A stretch of 61,044 nucleotides of DNA from a virus (Duplodnaviria; Caudoviricetes), in the IMG/VR virus record IMGVR_UViG_3300025133_000003, positions 1 through 61,044 of that record; one strand, given 5' to 3'. Below, in pieces: positions 16,243 through 27,041 of this stretch. The number at the start of each line of letters is the position of its first letter. The first letter of the stretch is position 1. The translations under genes were made by a program, and so were the position numbers. The notes below the pieces were generated by a model that saw only the letters and a list, made by a program, of their open reading frames with translations, was not told the DNA's origin and ran no database searches.

Positions 16243-18186
16243 CTAGCCCAGGCCGTAACGACCGAGCATGGACGCCGCCTGGGGGGTGAGGCCGGCAAGA
16301 GACTCGCCGGTTTCCGGGTTCATCCCGTTGCTTTCGACGGATTCGGGGCCGACAGGAGCGCCACCCCCGCCGCCACCGGGGCCCATGCCCATGGCCGCGC
16401 CCTGCATCTGCGAGAGCGGTCCGATGAGCGCGGTCTTGTCCTGCCGCCAGACCTCGAACGACTTCTCGATGAAGCCGCTCATGGTGTCCGGCGGCATGGC
16501 TCCGGCCTGGATGAGGGGGGCCAGGGTCTGGGCGACGGCCCCGATCGTCTGGAGCAGACCGATGAAGGCCTGCTGCTCCGCGGCGGGGTCCTGGGGCATC
16601 GAGGATCCCGCCTCGAGCTCCACGTCGTACATGCCCTGAATGTCGGCGGCGGTGAAGGAGACGAAGTCGTCCTCCCCGTCCTCGCCGATGATCCGGATGT
16701 ACCGGGTCTCATCCCAGTACTGGCGGATGATCGCCAGGATCATCTCGCAGATCCCCTCGATGAAGTTCTCCACCGCCTCGGTCCGCAGACCGCTCCGGCC
16801 CTGGAAGCCCTGCGAGGTGATCGCGGCCTCCGTGGCGGTCGTCCCCTTCCGGCCGACCCCGCCGCGCTGGTAGACGTCCACGCCGGAGATCTCGTACAGC
16901 AGCTTCTGCAGCCCCTGGATCACCATCGAGGTGTCCCCGGGGATGGGGGCCTGGGGCACCGGGACGATGGCGTCGCCCACCCGGCCGGTGCTGGCGTTGA
17001 CCTCCTGGCAGGCCCCCCGCAGCGGCGAGTTGAACAACGTCGAGAGCCGACCGTCCTCCAGGGCTCCCGGGGTCGCCAGGAACTTGCCGGCCAGCTGGGC
17101 GTTGATGTGGTGGATGGACAAGATGTCCTCCCACTCACGGTTGAGCTGGCGGGCGATCGGCTGGATCGAGGCCAGATCGGCGGTGTGGGTACACCAGAAG
17201 TCCTGCGGGTCGTCCACGAACCGCATCACCTTGTAGGGGTAGCCCCGCATCTCCAGGGGGTCGTCGACGTGGCGGATCACGCTGTCGCGCGCGTCCCCCG
17301 TGCCCGGGTCCGGGAGCAGCCAGAGGATCCGCCGGCGGGTGCCGCCCTTGACCTGGCCCCAGTAGCGGACTTCGTAGATCACGACGTACTCAGGCGCGAC
17401 CTCCGAGGGCATGTCCTCCTCGAGCTCCTCCCCCGTGAGCTTCGCGGGGATCTCCGACTGCAGGAAGCAGTTGGCCCGAGCCTCCTTGGGGATCCGGAAC
17501 CGCTTGTCCGTCCGCAGCTCGTCCAGACGGACCAGCAGCCGCTCGGCGACCCAGGGACAGTCCTCCATGTTCAAGTACCCGCTGGGCAGCAGCAGGGACC
17601 ACGGAGCCACCCGGGTCAGGGTCGGCTTGTCGGACGGCTCCTCCGAGCCGTACAGGCCGGCATCGGCCAGGGCCATGTCCAGAGCCATCCGCTCGTGGGA
17701 CTCCATCCCGTCGTCCTCGGGAGCGGCGTCCTCGGGGCCCTTGTTGAAGTCCTCCTCGGGGGTGAACGCGCCGGAGGGGTCGTAGCCGACCTTCCCGATC
17801 CCGACCCCAAACAGCAGGCAGTCCAGGGCCACCCGGCGGGTCGACGCGGTCGCACCGATGCACTGCCAGACGTAGTTGAGCGCGGACTCCGCGATCTTGG
17901 AGCTGCTCTTGTCCTGAGGCCGCTTCGGGCGAACGTGAACGTACGGATTGCCCGACAGCAGACTTGGGAGGATGGCGTTGCTCGTGGCCAGGAGGAAATT
18001 GAACGGCACAAACTCGTTCGATTCGACCCCCCAGAGGCCCTCGTCACCAGGCCCTGAGCCCCGGTAATCGGAGAGGACATCGCGCCACATTGGGAGGTGA
18101 TTCTTCTCGAGAATCTCCTCCGCGGCCTTCAGTCTCGCCAGCCAGTCGACGATTTGGTCTGTGGGGATTCGCTTGCGTCGCGTCAT
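16243..18186 (-). CDS. Portal protein
   Basis: ALDCLLFGVGIGKVGYD, EISGVDVYQRG...TATEA, DVELEAGS motifs of P22-like portals. Confidence 0.9.
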   Translation of the reverse strand: MTRRKRIPTDQIVDWLARLKAAEEILEKNHLPMWRDVLSDYRGSGPGDEGLWGVESNEFVPFNFLLATSNAILPSLLSGNPYVHVRPKRPQDKSSSKIAESALNYVWQCIGATASTRRVALDCLLFGVGIGKVGYDPSGAFTPEEDFNKGPEDAAPEDDGMESHERMALDMALADAGLYGSEEPSDKPTLTRVAPWSLLLPSGYLNMEDCPWVAERLLVRLDELRTDKRFRIPKEARANCFLQSEIPAKLTGEELEEDMPSEVAPEYVVIYEVRYWGQVKGGTRRRILWLLPDPGTGDARDSVIRHVDDPLEMRGYPYKVMRFVDDPQDFWCTHTADLASIQPIARQLNREWEDILSIHHINAQLAGKFLATPGALEDGRLSTLFNSPLRGACQEVNASTGRVGDAIVPVPQAPIPGDTSMVIQGLQKLLYEISGVDVYQRGGVGRKGTTATEAAITSQGFQGRSGLRTEAVENFIEGICEMILAIIRQYWDETRYIRIIGEDGEDDFVSFTAADIQGMYDVELEAGSSMPQDPAAEQQAFIGLLQTIGAVAQTLAPLIQAGAMPPDTMSGFIEKSFEVWRQDKTALIGPLSQMQGAAMGMGPGGGGGGAPVGPESVESNGMNPETGESLAGLTPQAASMLGRYGLG

Positions 18187-18315
18187 TCGATCAGTTCCTC
18201 GGACTCGCGTATCAATTGAACGCAGCATGTATCAAAGCGCTTGATATCTCCAATACGCTGTGATCAGACTTCGATCCATCACGCGAGTGCAAAGCGTGAG
18301 GAGGGCAGCAAGTCC

Positions 18316-19128
18316 ATGGCAGACAACGACGGCACCGCGTTCGATCCGTTCACGACTCTGGATGACCAGACCGTGAGTACCGGTGATGACGCGACCATCG
18401 ATACGTCGAGTGAGGACGTTCATACCCAGGCCGATCAGACAGATCAGTCCCAGACCACCGAAGACGACGGCATCCCCAGCGACCCTGACGAGCTCCGCAA
18501 GGGGTACCTCCGGCAGGCCGACTACACCCGCAAGACCCAGGACCTCGCGACGCAGCGCAAGGAGATCTCAGCCCTTCAGGCCGAGCTCCTCCAGCTGAAG
18601 ACCGCGACCCTGACCCAGCAGCAGGTGAAGCCGGCCGTCGAGGAGACCCCCCTGCCGGATCCCGAGAAGGACCCCCAGGGATACGTCGAGGCCTACGTTC
18701 AGCAGCAGGTGAAGCAGCGGCTTGACGCGCAGCTGGACCAGTTGGGCCTCCGTGATCTTCCTGACCGCCTCAAGCCGGTGCTGTCTCAGCAGTCGGTCGT
18801 GGCGGCGTATCAGGAGTTCATGGAGGCGAGCCCCGAGCTGGATCACAACCAGCTTGCCGGGGCCGTAGGGCAGGTGATCGACGGGGACCAGGAGCTGAGT
18901 CAGTTGAGCCAGGCGAACCCCCACCTCGCGGTTCGACTCGCGACTCGAGTCGCACAGGCCGATCTGGACGCCAAGCGTCAGGCGGCCTCCCACAAGAACC
19001 GCAGCCGGCAGCAAGCCGCACCTGTAGCCGCCCGAAACGGGACGGTTGTCGGATCCCAAGCTCCCGCGAGCTTGGAGGACGCCTTCCGACTCGCTCTGAA
19101 GCAGCAGGGCGCTACGCCGGACTTCTAG
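18316..19128 (+). CDS. Capsid scaffolding protein
   Basis: LRKGYLRQADYTRKTQ motif, acidic N-terminus, upstream of capsid gene. Confidence 0.85.
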   Translation: MADNDGTAFDPFTTLDDQTVSTGDDATIDTSSEDVHTQADQTDQSQTTEDDGIPSDPDELRKGYLRQADYTRKTQDLATQRKEISALQAELLQLKTATLTQQQVKPAVEETPLPDPEKDPQGYVEAYVQQQVKQRLDAQLDQLGLRDLPDRLKPVLSQQSVVAAYQEFMEASPELDHNQLAGAVGQVIDGDQELSQLSQANPHLAVRLATRVAQADLDAKRQAASHKNRSRQQAAPVAARNGTVVGSQAPASLEDAFRLALKQQGATPDF

Positions 19129-19147
19129 ACTAGAGGACTAGGCCCCC

Positions 19148-20242
19148 ATGCCCGCCAACGCGCCGACAATTACCTTTGATCGGCTGTACAGCACTACCGC
19201 AGCGATCCACCGCCCCCAGCTGGCGATGGAAATCGTGCGGTCCAACGTCTTGCTCTGGCACATGTACCGCCAGGGCGCTGTGACCTACAGCGGCGGCACC
19301 GAAGTTCGGATGCCGGTCGTGCTTGAGGAATCGGCAAACGTCGGATCGATCGGTCTGTACAGCACCTTCTCCACGAGCCCCGAGGACGGACCGGACATCG
19401 CCCGGTACCCGACGTGGTTCAAGATCCGCAGCTCCACGGTCTTCGACGAGACCGAGCTGGGCCAGAACCAGGGCCAGCAGCAGATCCTCGATCTGCTCAA
19501 GACCAAGATGGCGATCTCCAAGATCTCGATGATCAACGAGATCGAGCGTCAGCTCTGGGCCTCGTCCAAGACCGCCCTCGAGCTCACGGGCCTGCAGTCC
19601 GCGGCCAGCGGCGACGCCGCCATGTTCCAGTTCAGCTCGACGTTCACCGCCGGTGACACCGTCGGCGGGATCGACAAGTCGGTCTACAGCAACTGGCAGG
19701 AGCAGTACCAGTCCATGACCGCGTTCGGGACCGACGGTCTCGATCAGTGGGAGCGGGTCTACATGGACTGCTCCAAGAAGGGCACCCACCCGGACATCAT
19801 GCTCTGCGACCCCGCCGTGTACCGCTTCTTCAAGCGGCTGGTGGCTCCCAACCAGGAGCGCAAGGACATCAAGCTCTGGGAGCAGGGCTTCGACAACCTC
19901 GTCTTCAACCACTGTGCCGTGGTTCCGGTCGATGAGCTCGAGTCCGCGGGCGCTGGCCAGACGTACTTCCTGACCACGACCGGCCGACGCCAGGTCAACG
20001 ACTTCAACCTGAAGGCCGAATACTTCAAGACCCCGGGCAAGAACCCGGCGGTCAAGGGTGCGGCCACGGGCATCGGGCTCCAGCTCGCTGTCCTCCGCAA
20101 GGACGACTTCCGCATGACGCCGTTCCGGTACCCGCCGGACAGCGACACGCTCCTCGCCCACTGCTTCTTCACCTCGATGCTCACGAACTCGTCGCAGGCC
20201 CGTCAGGGCTGCACCGACTTCAGCGGCACCGTCCAGTTCTAG
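19148..20242 (+). CDS. Major capsid protein
   Basis: Size, position, YSGGTEVRMPV / VGGIDK / GFDNLVFN pattern. Confidence 0.9.
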   Translation: MPANAPTITFDRLYSTTAAIHRPQLAMEIVRSNVLLWHMYRQGAVTYSGGTEVRMPVVLEESANVGSIGLYSTFSTSPEDGPDIARYPTWFKIRSSTVFDETELGQNQGQQQILDLLKTKMAISKISMINEIERQLWASSKTALELTGLQSAASGDAAMFQFSSTFTAGDTVGGIDKSVYSNWQEQYQSMTAFGTDGLDQWERVYMDCSKKGTHPDIMLCDPAVYRFFKRLVAPNQERKDIKLWEQGFDNLVFNHCAVVPVDELESAGAGQTYFLTTTGRRQVNDFNLKAEYFKTPGKNPAVKGAATGIGLQLAVLRKDDFRMTPFRYPPDSDTLLAHCFFTSMLTNSSQARQGCTDFSGTVQF

Positions 20243-20255
20243 AAGGGAGAACGAC

Positions 20256-21284
20256 ATGAGCTTCTACAACATTGGCTCCTCCCCGATGGAGCTCGACGCA
20301 ACGGTCAAGAACAACACCGGCGGGGTCCTGTACCGCGGCGACATCGTTCAGATCGAAGCCGAAACCATCGCCAACCTCGATGGGGCCAACGCGGTCATGC
20401 CGGTGCTCGACTCGAGCTCGCCCGAGACCCTGATGATGCCCTGCGGCGTCGTGCTGGGGACCGAGCGCAAGCTGAGCTTCGTCGACCAGGAGGAAGTCCG
20501 CGTGCGGCTCCTCGGTGTCGTCGACGCTCTGGTCGACGGTGGTACCGACGACGTCGTGATTCAGGACCACCTGTATCTGGTCGACGCCCAGTACTACCTG
20601 CAGGCCAAGGACGCTGAGCCGGATCTGGTCACCGCTCCGGTGCTTCAGGATCTGAACGTGACGGCGAGCGCGGAGGCTGGGAACACCAGCACCACGATCG
20701 ACTACCACGATCAGACCGTGAGCATCGACGCCAGCACCCTGGCGGCGGGGGACCTGATCGACGTGTGGGCCACCGGCTACATCGCCGACAGCAACTCCAC
20801 CGACACGGCGCTGATCACGGCCCAGTTCAACGACGTCTCCGTCGGGGTGTCGACCGCGATCGACGTGGCCGATGGTGACATGTGGTCGTACCGGTACACC
20901 GTCGCGGTCACCGCGATCGGCGCTTCCGGCGCAGTCGAGATCACGGGTGCCGGTCACGGCCCCGACGCGCTGGCCGCCGCGGTCACCCCCTGGGTGATTC
21001 AGGCGTCCAACGCGGCTGCGGCTGCGACCACCGACACCACCGGGGCCGTTCGGATCCGCACCGGCGTCACGTTCAGCGTCTCCCACGCGGACAACGGCTC
21101 GATCCAGACCTCCATCGGGTACCGGGTCATCCGCGGCGCGGCGGTCGTCGACCTCGTGGACATGAAGGCCTGCAAGGCCATCGCGATCGAGGCCAACACG
21201 GCTGCTGCTCCGGCGACGGCGTCGCGAACGGGTGCGTCCACGCAGCTGTTCAGCGTCTTCTTCAACGGTCTGCCGCAGATCTAG
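20256..21284 (+). CDS. Capsid decoration/cement-like protein with inserted domain
   Basis: Follows MCP; VKNNTGG..GDIV, VRVRLLGVV N-terminus. Confidence 0.6.
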   Translation: MSFYNIGSSPMELDATVKNNTGGVLYRGDIVQIEAETIANLDGANAVMPVLDSSSPETLMMPCGVVLGTERKLSFVDQEEVRVRLLGVVDALVDGGTDDVVIQDHLYLVDAQYYLQAKDAEPDLVTAPVLQDLNVTASAEAGNTSTTIDYHDQTVSIDASTLAAGDLIDVWATGYIADSNSTDTALITAQFNDVSVGVSTAIDVADGDMWSYRYTVAVTAIGASGAVEITGAGHGPDALAAAVTPWVIQASNAAAAATTDTTGAVRIRTGVTFSVSHADNGSIQTSIGYRVIRGAAVVDLVDMKACKAIAIEANTAAAPATASRTGASTQLFSVFFNGLPQI

Positions 21285-21293
21285 GAGTACTGA

Positions 21294-21740
21294 ATGGCTT
21301 CCCTCGCACCGCACGTCAGCCGTGTCTTGAAGGAGGCGAGCCCTCACGGGTTCTCCGTCTCGACAGATGCGGTCGTCTACGTCGGATCGATCTCCGCCAC
21401 GTCGTCGGACAACTTCCTGCTCGGAGCGGAAGACAGCGACATCTACATCGAGAGCATCACGGTGCTCTCGGAGTCGGATGCCGATGCTCACGCCACGAAC
21501 ATCTGGACGATCGACGTACAGGACAAGGGCGCGGATGGGACGGGGTCCACCTCGCTGTTCGCCACCCCGCCCAACACCGTGACCAACGGCATCAGCGCCC
21601 TGGTCCCCTACACCGTCTCGCCCGATCAGAATCAGCTGATCTCGGACGGCCAGGGGATTGCGATCACGTTCACCAAGGGGGCGTCCGCGTCGAACTTGGA
21701 TGAGCTCCGCGTCCAGGTCCGTTACCGCCGCAAGGCCTAG
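21294..21740 (+). CDS. Virion structural protein
   Basis: AGGAG SD; beta-rich; late operon. Confidence 0.65.
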   Translation: MASLAPHVSRVLKEASPHGFSVSTDAVVYVGSISATSSDNFLLGAEDSDIYIESITVLSESDADAHATNIWTIDVQDKGADGTGSTSLFATPPNTVTNGISALVPYTVSPDQNQLISDGQGIAITFTKGASASNLDELRVQVRYRRKA

Positions 21741-21822
21741 ACCCCCACCCGGAGGTCCCTGGGGTGGCTCCTCCACTCTGCTCGCCCTAGGGGCCTTCCG
21801 CCTACAGCTGGAGGTGTGACCA

Positions 21823-23043
21823 ATGAGACTCACGGATCTGCGGTCGCACCTTCAGCTGCGACGGAGCGACAGCTCCTACAGCACGGCGAACCTCAACCGG
21901 TTCATCAACCAGGCCTACCTCGACGTCTGCTCACGGCGGTCGTGGGGTTGGCTCCGGCGTGAGCATCGGTGGGGTACGACCGCGACCAACACAGCCGTCA
22001 CCCTGAGCGCCCCCACCGCGGGGGCCTACCAGCAGGTAATCGGCGGCACGGTCCCGGACGCCACCTTCGGCAAGCGCATCCTGATCGACGGCGAGCTCTA
22101 CCGAATCAAGAACGTGCTCACGGGTCCCCAGTGGATGCTCGACGCCCCGTACATCGGCACGACCACGGGCACCCCGGCCGTCTCCATCCTGTACGACGAG
22201 ATCGCGCTGCCCCGCAGCTGCGACACCGTGGTCGACGTCCGGCTGAACCAGGACGGCAACAGCCTCGAGCTCATGCCGACCGAGCCCGCGCTCATGCACC
22301 GTCGTACGCTCACGGCTGCGGGCCAGCCCACGCACTTCAGCACCATCTCGCGTGCGCCCCTGCCGGTGCCGGCCTACGCACCCCCGGTCCCGACGACCAG
22401 CGGCTCTGCCGGCCCCCTCACCGGCACCTACTTGTACTGGACCACCTTCTGGGATCCCTTCACCGGAGCCGAGTCGGCGCTGAGCCCCTCACGGTCCGTG
22501 AGCGTGGCCGGCTCCCTGGTCTACTCGTTCACGCCGACCACCGGGGAGGGCGGCACCGCCCGGTCCGACTTCTACTGGCGGCTGTACCGCAGCAAGGTCG
22601 GCGGCAGCGTCCCCTACCTGCTCGCCTCGAGCTCGTCGGAGACGGGCGTGCTGCAGGACTCGTTCGACGACCAGGAGCTGGGCCCCCGCGCCGTCGACAG
22701 CGCCAACACCCAGTACCTCCAGCTGTACCCCGCCCCCAGCGGGACGTACCAAGTCAGCGTCCTGTACCAGGCCCAGGCTTGGGAGATGGACGATGACGAG
22801 GACCGGCCGCTGTTCGACGAGGTCTTCCACACTGTGATTCTGGACGGGGCCGAGGCCCTGATGCTGGAAGCGCACGACGAGCAGGGTCGCGCCGGCTCTG
22901 CTCGTCAGCGCTTCGAGATGGGGATCAACAAGATGGTCGCCCGTGACCGCAGCTCACAGGCCACGCTCACGCCCATCGCCAGCTCGCCCCGGGCGCGGAT
23001 CTCCGCAGGCGTGAGTGCGAACCGCTGGGAGTTCACGGACTGA
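21823..23043 (+). CDS. Head-tail adaptor (tail tubular A-like)
   Basis: LNRFINQAYLDV..WGWL N-terminus; LYPAP..DDEDRPLFDE.FH C-terminus. Confidence 0.8.
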   Translation: MRLTDLRSHLQLRRSDSSYSTANLNRFINQAYLDVCSRRSWGWLRREHRWGTTATNTAVTLSAPTAGAYQQVIGGTVPDATFGKRILIDGELYRIKNVLTGPQWMLDAPYIGTTTGTPAVSILYDEIALPRSCDTVVDVRLNQDGNSLELMPTEPALMHRRTLTAAGQPTHFSTISRAPLPVPAYAPPVPTTSGSAGPLTGTYLYWTTFWDPFTGAESALSPSRSVSVAGSLVYSFTPTTGEGGTARSDFYWRLYRSKVGGSVPYLLASSSSETGVLQDSFDDQELGPRAVDSANTQYLQLYPAPSGTYQVSVLYQAQAWEMDDDEDRPLFDEVFHTVILDGAEALMLEAHDEQGRAGSARQRFEMGINKMVARDRSSQATLTPIASSPRARISAGVSANRWEFTD

Positions 23044-24956
23044 TGGCACGGGCTCAGGGCCGAAAGCTCGAGTTCCGCCCCATCAACCTTGCTGGGATCA
23101 ACAGCAAGGTTTGGCAGGCCGAGGGCTCCGCGACAGACATCAAGGGTGCGCTGTTCACGCTGCGTGGCGAGATCGCGAAGTCGTACGGGATCCACCGACT
23201 GCCGACTCCCAACTCCGGCGGCGACCCCCTGGTTGGCTTGGGGCAGTTCCACTGGAACGGCCGGACCGACATTCTCGTTGAGTACAACGGGGCCATCTAC
23301 ATCGTGGAGGGCAACTCCTACACCGCGCTGGTCTCCGACCGATACAACGCTCAAAGACCTCGCGACGCGACCCGATTCGTGCAGGTCAACGACGTCCTTC
23401 TCCTACTCAACGGCCGCGACGGAAACCTGAAGTGGGATGGACACAAGCTCACACCCTTGGGGATCGTCGCGCCGCCCGCCCCCCCGGGGGCCACGATCGT
23501 CGGCACCGGCGAGGGGGGCAGCAACAACTGGCGGTCCCTCGCGATCATCGAAGGCAGCGACTACTCGTTCAAGTACAAGCTCACCTGGCTCAACGACAAG
23601 GGCCAGGAGTCGGAGCCCTCATCCGCGTCCGACTCCGTGGACGACGACGACGTGACCTCGGGCGACGGCTACAACGTCTTCGTCTTCAGCCTGGCCCAGG
23701 TCCCCGGCCAGGACGATCTGATTTCGCGACTCCTGTACCGGTCCACCGACGGGGGGCAGACCTACAAGCTGATCACCGAGATCCCCGGCCTGCAGAGCGA
23801 CACCTTCCACGACTGGCACAAGCCAGGGGAGGAGTCGACCGATCTGCTCTCCGACGTTGGGACCAACACCCCCCCGCCGCTTTGCAAGTGGGCCTTCCCA
23901 TACCGGGGCCGGACCTACTACGGCGGATCACCCTCATCCCAGTCCACGCTGTTCTACAGCCGCGAGAACGGCGGCAAGGAGGCGGTGCCGCTGGTGAACC
24001 TGCTCGACGTGAGCAGCCACGACGGGGACATTCTCACGGGTGGTGTCGCCGCCGCTGACTACGCCCTGGTCTTCAAGCGGCGCTCCGTTTGGGAGCTCAC
24101 GCACGACAAGAACGACAACCCCGTCGGCCCGACCCTGATCAGCAACTCGATCGGATGCGTGAGTGATCGCGCCGTCGCGACCTTCGAGTCCCGGACCTAC
24201 TGGCTGGGAGAGAATGGCCTCTACGCGTACGACGGAAGCCACGTGCGCCCTATCTCGATTGAGCTGGACCGCTGGATCAAGCAACTGCCCCAGGCCTACC
24301 TCGAGGACGCCGTTGCCTGGGTCGATGCCGAGGAGCGCCGGGTCATGCTCTCGGTGGTCTCCGAGGGCAGCACCAACAACGAGGTTTGGGCCATCCACGT
24401 CGACACGGGCGCGTTCACCCGGCTGACCGACTTCAACGTCTACTCCGCGGTCTCATACAAGCACGAGACCATCGTGGGCTGCCGCCACACCCACAGCGGG
24501 TCGGCCCGCGATGTGCTGGGCCAGTGGGCCAGCAGCTACAAGCTCGTCGACGACGACTTCGACGGCCGGTTTGAGACCGAGTGGCTGGAGCTCGGGGACC
24601 CCAACAGCGACAAGACCTTCTATCGGCTCGACGTCTGGTACGTGCAGACGGGCGACATCACGATGACGGTCGACTGGGCCGCGGACTGGGATGACCGGAC
24701 CAACAGCAGCTCCACCACGTTCAACCTGGCCGACCCTGACGCCACCATCTGGGACGAGGGCAACTGGGACTCCAGCACCCGTGAGTGGGACGGCCCCCGG
24801 GTGCGCTCCAAGCGGCTGGATCTCAACGCCCTGAACGCCAAGAGCATCCGGTTCGGTTTCGAGACGGCCCGGGGGGACACCCCCTGGAAGCTCGTCGGGT
24901 TCCTGCTGCACTTCGCGGAGCACGGCGTCCGCAACGAGGGCCTGGATCTTGAGTAG
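23043..24956 (+). CDS. Tail nozzle / stabilisation protein (tail tubular B-like)
   Basis: Beta-propeller pattern, IGCVS, ETEWLELGDP..DKTF. Confidence 0.8.
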   Translation: MARAQGRKLEFRPINLAGINSKVWQAEGSATDIKGALFTLRGEIAKSYGIHRLPTPNSGGDPLVGLGQFHWNGRTDILVEYNGAIYIVEGNSYTALVSDRYNAQRPRDATRFVQVNDVLLLLNGRDGNLKWDGHKLTPLGIVAPPAPPGATIVGTGEGGSNNWRSLAIIEGSDYSFKYKLTWLNDKGQESEPSSASDSVDDDDVTSGDGYNVFVFSLAQVPGQDDLISRLLYRSTDGGQTYKLITEIPGLQSDTFHDWHKPGEESTDLLSDVGTNTPPPLCKWAFPYRGRTYYGGSPSSQSTLFYSRENGGKEAVPLVNLLDVSSHDGDILTGGVAAADYALVFKRRSVWELTHDKNDNPVGPTLISNSIGCVSDRAVATFESRTYWLGENGLYAYDGSHVRPISIELDRWIKQLPQAYLEDAVAWVDAEERRVMLSVVSEGSTNNEVWAIHVDTGAFTRLTDFNVYSAVSYKHETIVGCRHTHSGSARDVLGQWASSYKLVDDDFDGRFETEWLELGDPNSDKTFYRLDVWYVQTGDITMTVDWAADWDDRTNSSSTTFNLADPDATIWDEGNWDSSTREWDGPRVRSKRLDLNALNAKSIRFGFETARGDTPWKLVGFLLHFAEHGVRNEGLDLE

Positions 24957-25143
24957 CCGCCTCCTGAACCGGTTGGCCGACGCCATCCAGAGCGCGAACG
25001 TCTACCAGCCCTCGACGCGCTCGATTCGCGTGGATCCAGTCCGAGCCATCAACCGGGCCCTCCGTGAGGTCGGCGGCCGGAAGATCGCGTCTCTGGACGA
25101 GCCCGAGCTCCGACGGGCGCTCCGCACTTTCGAGGGGCAGTAA
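24949..25143 (+). CDS. Small hypothetical protein
   Basis: Bridges two coupled late genes. Confidence 0.5.
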   Translation: MSSRLLNRLADAIQSANVYQPSTRSIRVDPVRAINRALREVGGRKIASLDEPELRRALRTFEGQ

Positions 25144-25754
25144 TGCACTACGTCCCCCGCAACATCTTTATGGACGACCTGGTCGCTGACGCGGATCAGC
25201 TCATGCGTGAGTTCAACCGCGCCGAGCGGGCTCTCCATGAGTTGGACCAGAACAACATCAAGGACGCCGAGGTCCCGGCCGTGTCGGTCACCGATCCGGA
25301 GCTTGAGAACGACTCCACGCTGTTCACCCACGACAGCACCACCCTGCTCCAGGTGACCGGCTCGGTGAACACCACCGTGAGTACCACCAACCAGATCTGG
25401 ACCACCGTCGAGACGACTTCCGGGGTTCCTCTCGAACTCGCGTTCACCACCAGCTCCACGATGTGGCTGCGGATCTTCGGGGACTGCACCTACCAGGGCG
25501 CTACGGCGGTGACCTACAACCCGGCGATCCGGATGCTGGTCGACGGCGGAATGGTCGCGTGGTCGACCTCCCCCATGTCGACCGGGGTCGCCCCCAACAC
25601 CCACCTGCACGTGAGTACGGCGGTGAAGCTCGCCCCCGGTGACCACGCCGTACGCCTGCAGGTCCGTGAGTTTCTGGGCCGGGGCGGGACCATCCAGGGG
25701 GCGTCGCTGCCACTCTTGGCCCCGCAACTCATCGCCTTTGGGCTCCCCCGATGA
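25143..25754 (+). CDS. Tail-associated structural protein
   Basis: Late operon, coupled. Confidence 0.65.
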   Translation: MHYVPRNIFMDDLVADADQLMREFNRAERALHELDQNNIKDAEVPAVSVTDPELENDSTLFTHDSTTLLQVTGSVNTTVSTTNQIWTTVETTSGVPLELAFTTSSTMWLRIFGDCTYQGATAVTYNPAIRMLVDGGMVAWSTSPMSTGVAPNTHLHVSTAVKLAPGDHAVRLQVREFLGRGGTIQGASLPLLAPQLIAFGLPR

Positions 25755-26275
25755 GCCTCAACCGGATCATCCCCGGTGACGCCTTGGACGCCAGCGAGGT
25801 CACCGCGAACTTCGCGGATCTGGACACGCTCACGGTGGACGTGCTCGACGAACAGATCGTGACGAGCTCCGTGGACTACCGGCACCTGACCGGGGCCTAC
25901 AAGTACGTCGACTTCGAGCTCGACGACACCGACTACCCCGGCGTGATCCTGGGCCAGGTGATCGCAGGCCCCGCGACCATCACCTGCCACGCCAACGTCC
26001 CCCTGTTCGTCCTCGTGACCGTGGATCTCGACTTCACGGGGGCCGGGGCCGTTTGCGAGCTCCGGCTGCGCTCGGACCCGTCCGGCTCGCCCAACACTGA
26101 GCGACGGACCATCGTCTCGCAGCTGAACGCCACGGAACGTGTGCCCGTGCAGTTCGCTGCCACCATCACGCCCACCAGCTCGTCCATCGAGTTGGACGTC
26201 TTCGGCCTGGGCGCGCTCGCCACCAACTGGACGTCTCGAATGGCTCGATTCGACGTCTTCAGCCCCTTGAGGTGA
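25751..26275 (+). CDS. Tail-associated structural protein
   Basis: PGDALDASEVTANF fibre-attachment-like N-terminus. Confidence 0.65.
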   Translation: MSLNRIIPGDALDASEVTANFADLDTLTVDVLDEQIVTSSVDYRHLTGAYKYVDFELDDTDYPGVILGQVIAGPATITCHANVPLFVLVTVDLDFTGAGAVCELRLRSDPSGSPNTERRTIVSQLNATERVPVQFAATITPTSSSIELDVFGLGALATNWTSRMARFDVFSPLR

Positions 26276-26278
26276 CCG

Positions 26279-27007
26279 ATGGCCGCCTACTCCCCCCCCG
26301 CGCCCGTCGACACCGACCCGTTCGACCCTGAGGTTGTCGACGGCGGCTTTGTCGATCTGGCCACGGCGATCAACGACAACATCGACGACACCAACAACCT
26401 GTCGACCAAGTCGAAGCTGACGTACCGGGCGTTCACGCCCGAGGCGCTCACGACGACACGGGCCCAGGGGAGCACCGAGACGGGGACGCTATCGGTTTGG
26501 TTCCACGACAGTGGGGCCGGCTCTGCCGCTCTGAAGGATGCGGTCTACGGGGAGCGGACCAACATCTACACGCCGGCTCACGCCTCGGCCTCGGCCTACC
26601 TGCTCCACGGCACCCCCGACGTCCATGTCTCCGCGAACGTGACCTATCACCTCGCGATCGACAGCTGGATCGCGGACGAGACCGGCCTCACGATCTCCGA
26701 GATCAACTACGAGTGCGACGCCACGCTCTACGCGTTGGACTCGGCCGGCACTCAGACTACGGTGTGCCGCGTCAGCCGACATCATCGCGTCGCCTCCCCC
26801 GGCGGCAGCCCGCAGCGCCTGGGGATCGGGATCCCACTTCAGGGCACGATCTCCAACGTTCCAGCAGGTCTGTTCAGCGCGTGGGTGGAGCTCGACTTTT
26901 CGAGCAGTGATATCACTCACACCGGCTCAGCAGCGCTGACGTACCCGCAGTCGACTCAGTTTCGCTCGACCATTCGGCAGGTCGTCATCCTGGCGTCCTA
27001 TCAGTGA
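26279..27007 (+). CDS. Tail-associated structural protein
   Basis: GAGG SD; similar N-terminal pattern. Confidence 0.65.
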   Translation: MAAYSPPAPVDTDPFDPEVVDGGFVDLATAINDNIDDTNNLSTKSKLTYRAFTPEALTTTRAQGSTETGTLSVWFHDSGAGSAALKDAVYGERTNIYTPAHASASAYLLHGTPDVHVSANVTYHLAIDSWIADETGLTISEINYECDATLYALDSAGTQTTVCRVSRHHRVASPGGSPQRLGIGIPLQGTISNVPAGLFSAWVELDFSSSDITHTGSAALTYPQSTQFRSTIRQVVILASYQ

Positions 27008-27041
27008 ACCCAACACACACGATCATCAGTAGGATGGCCTC

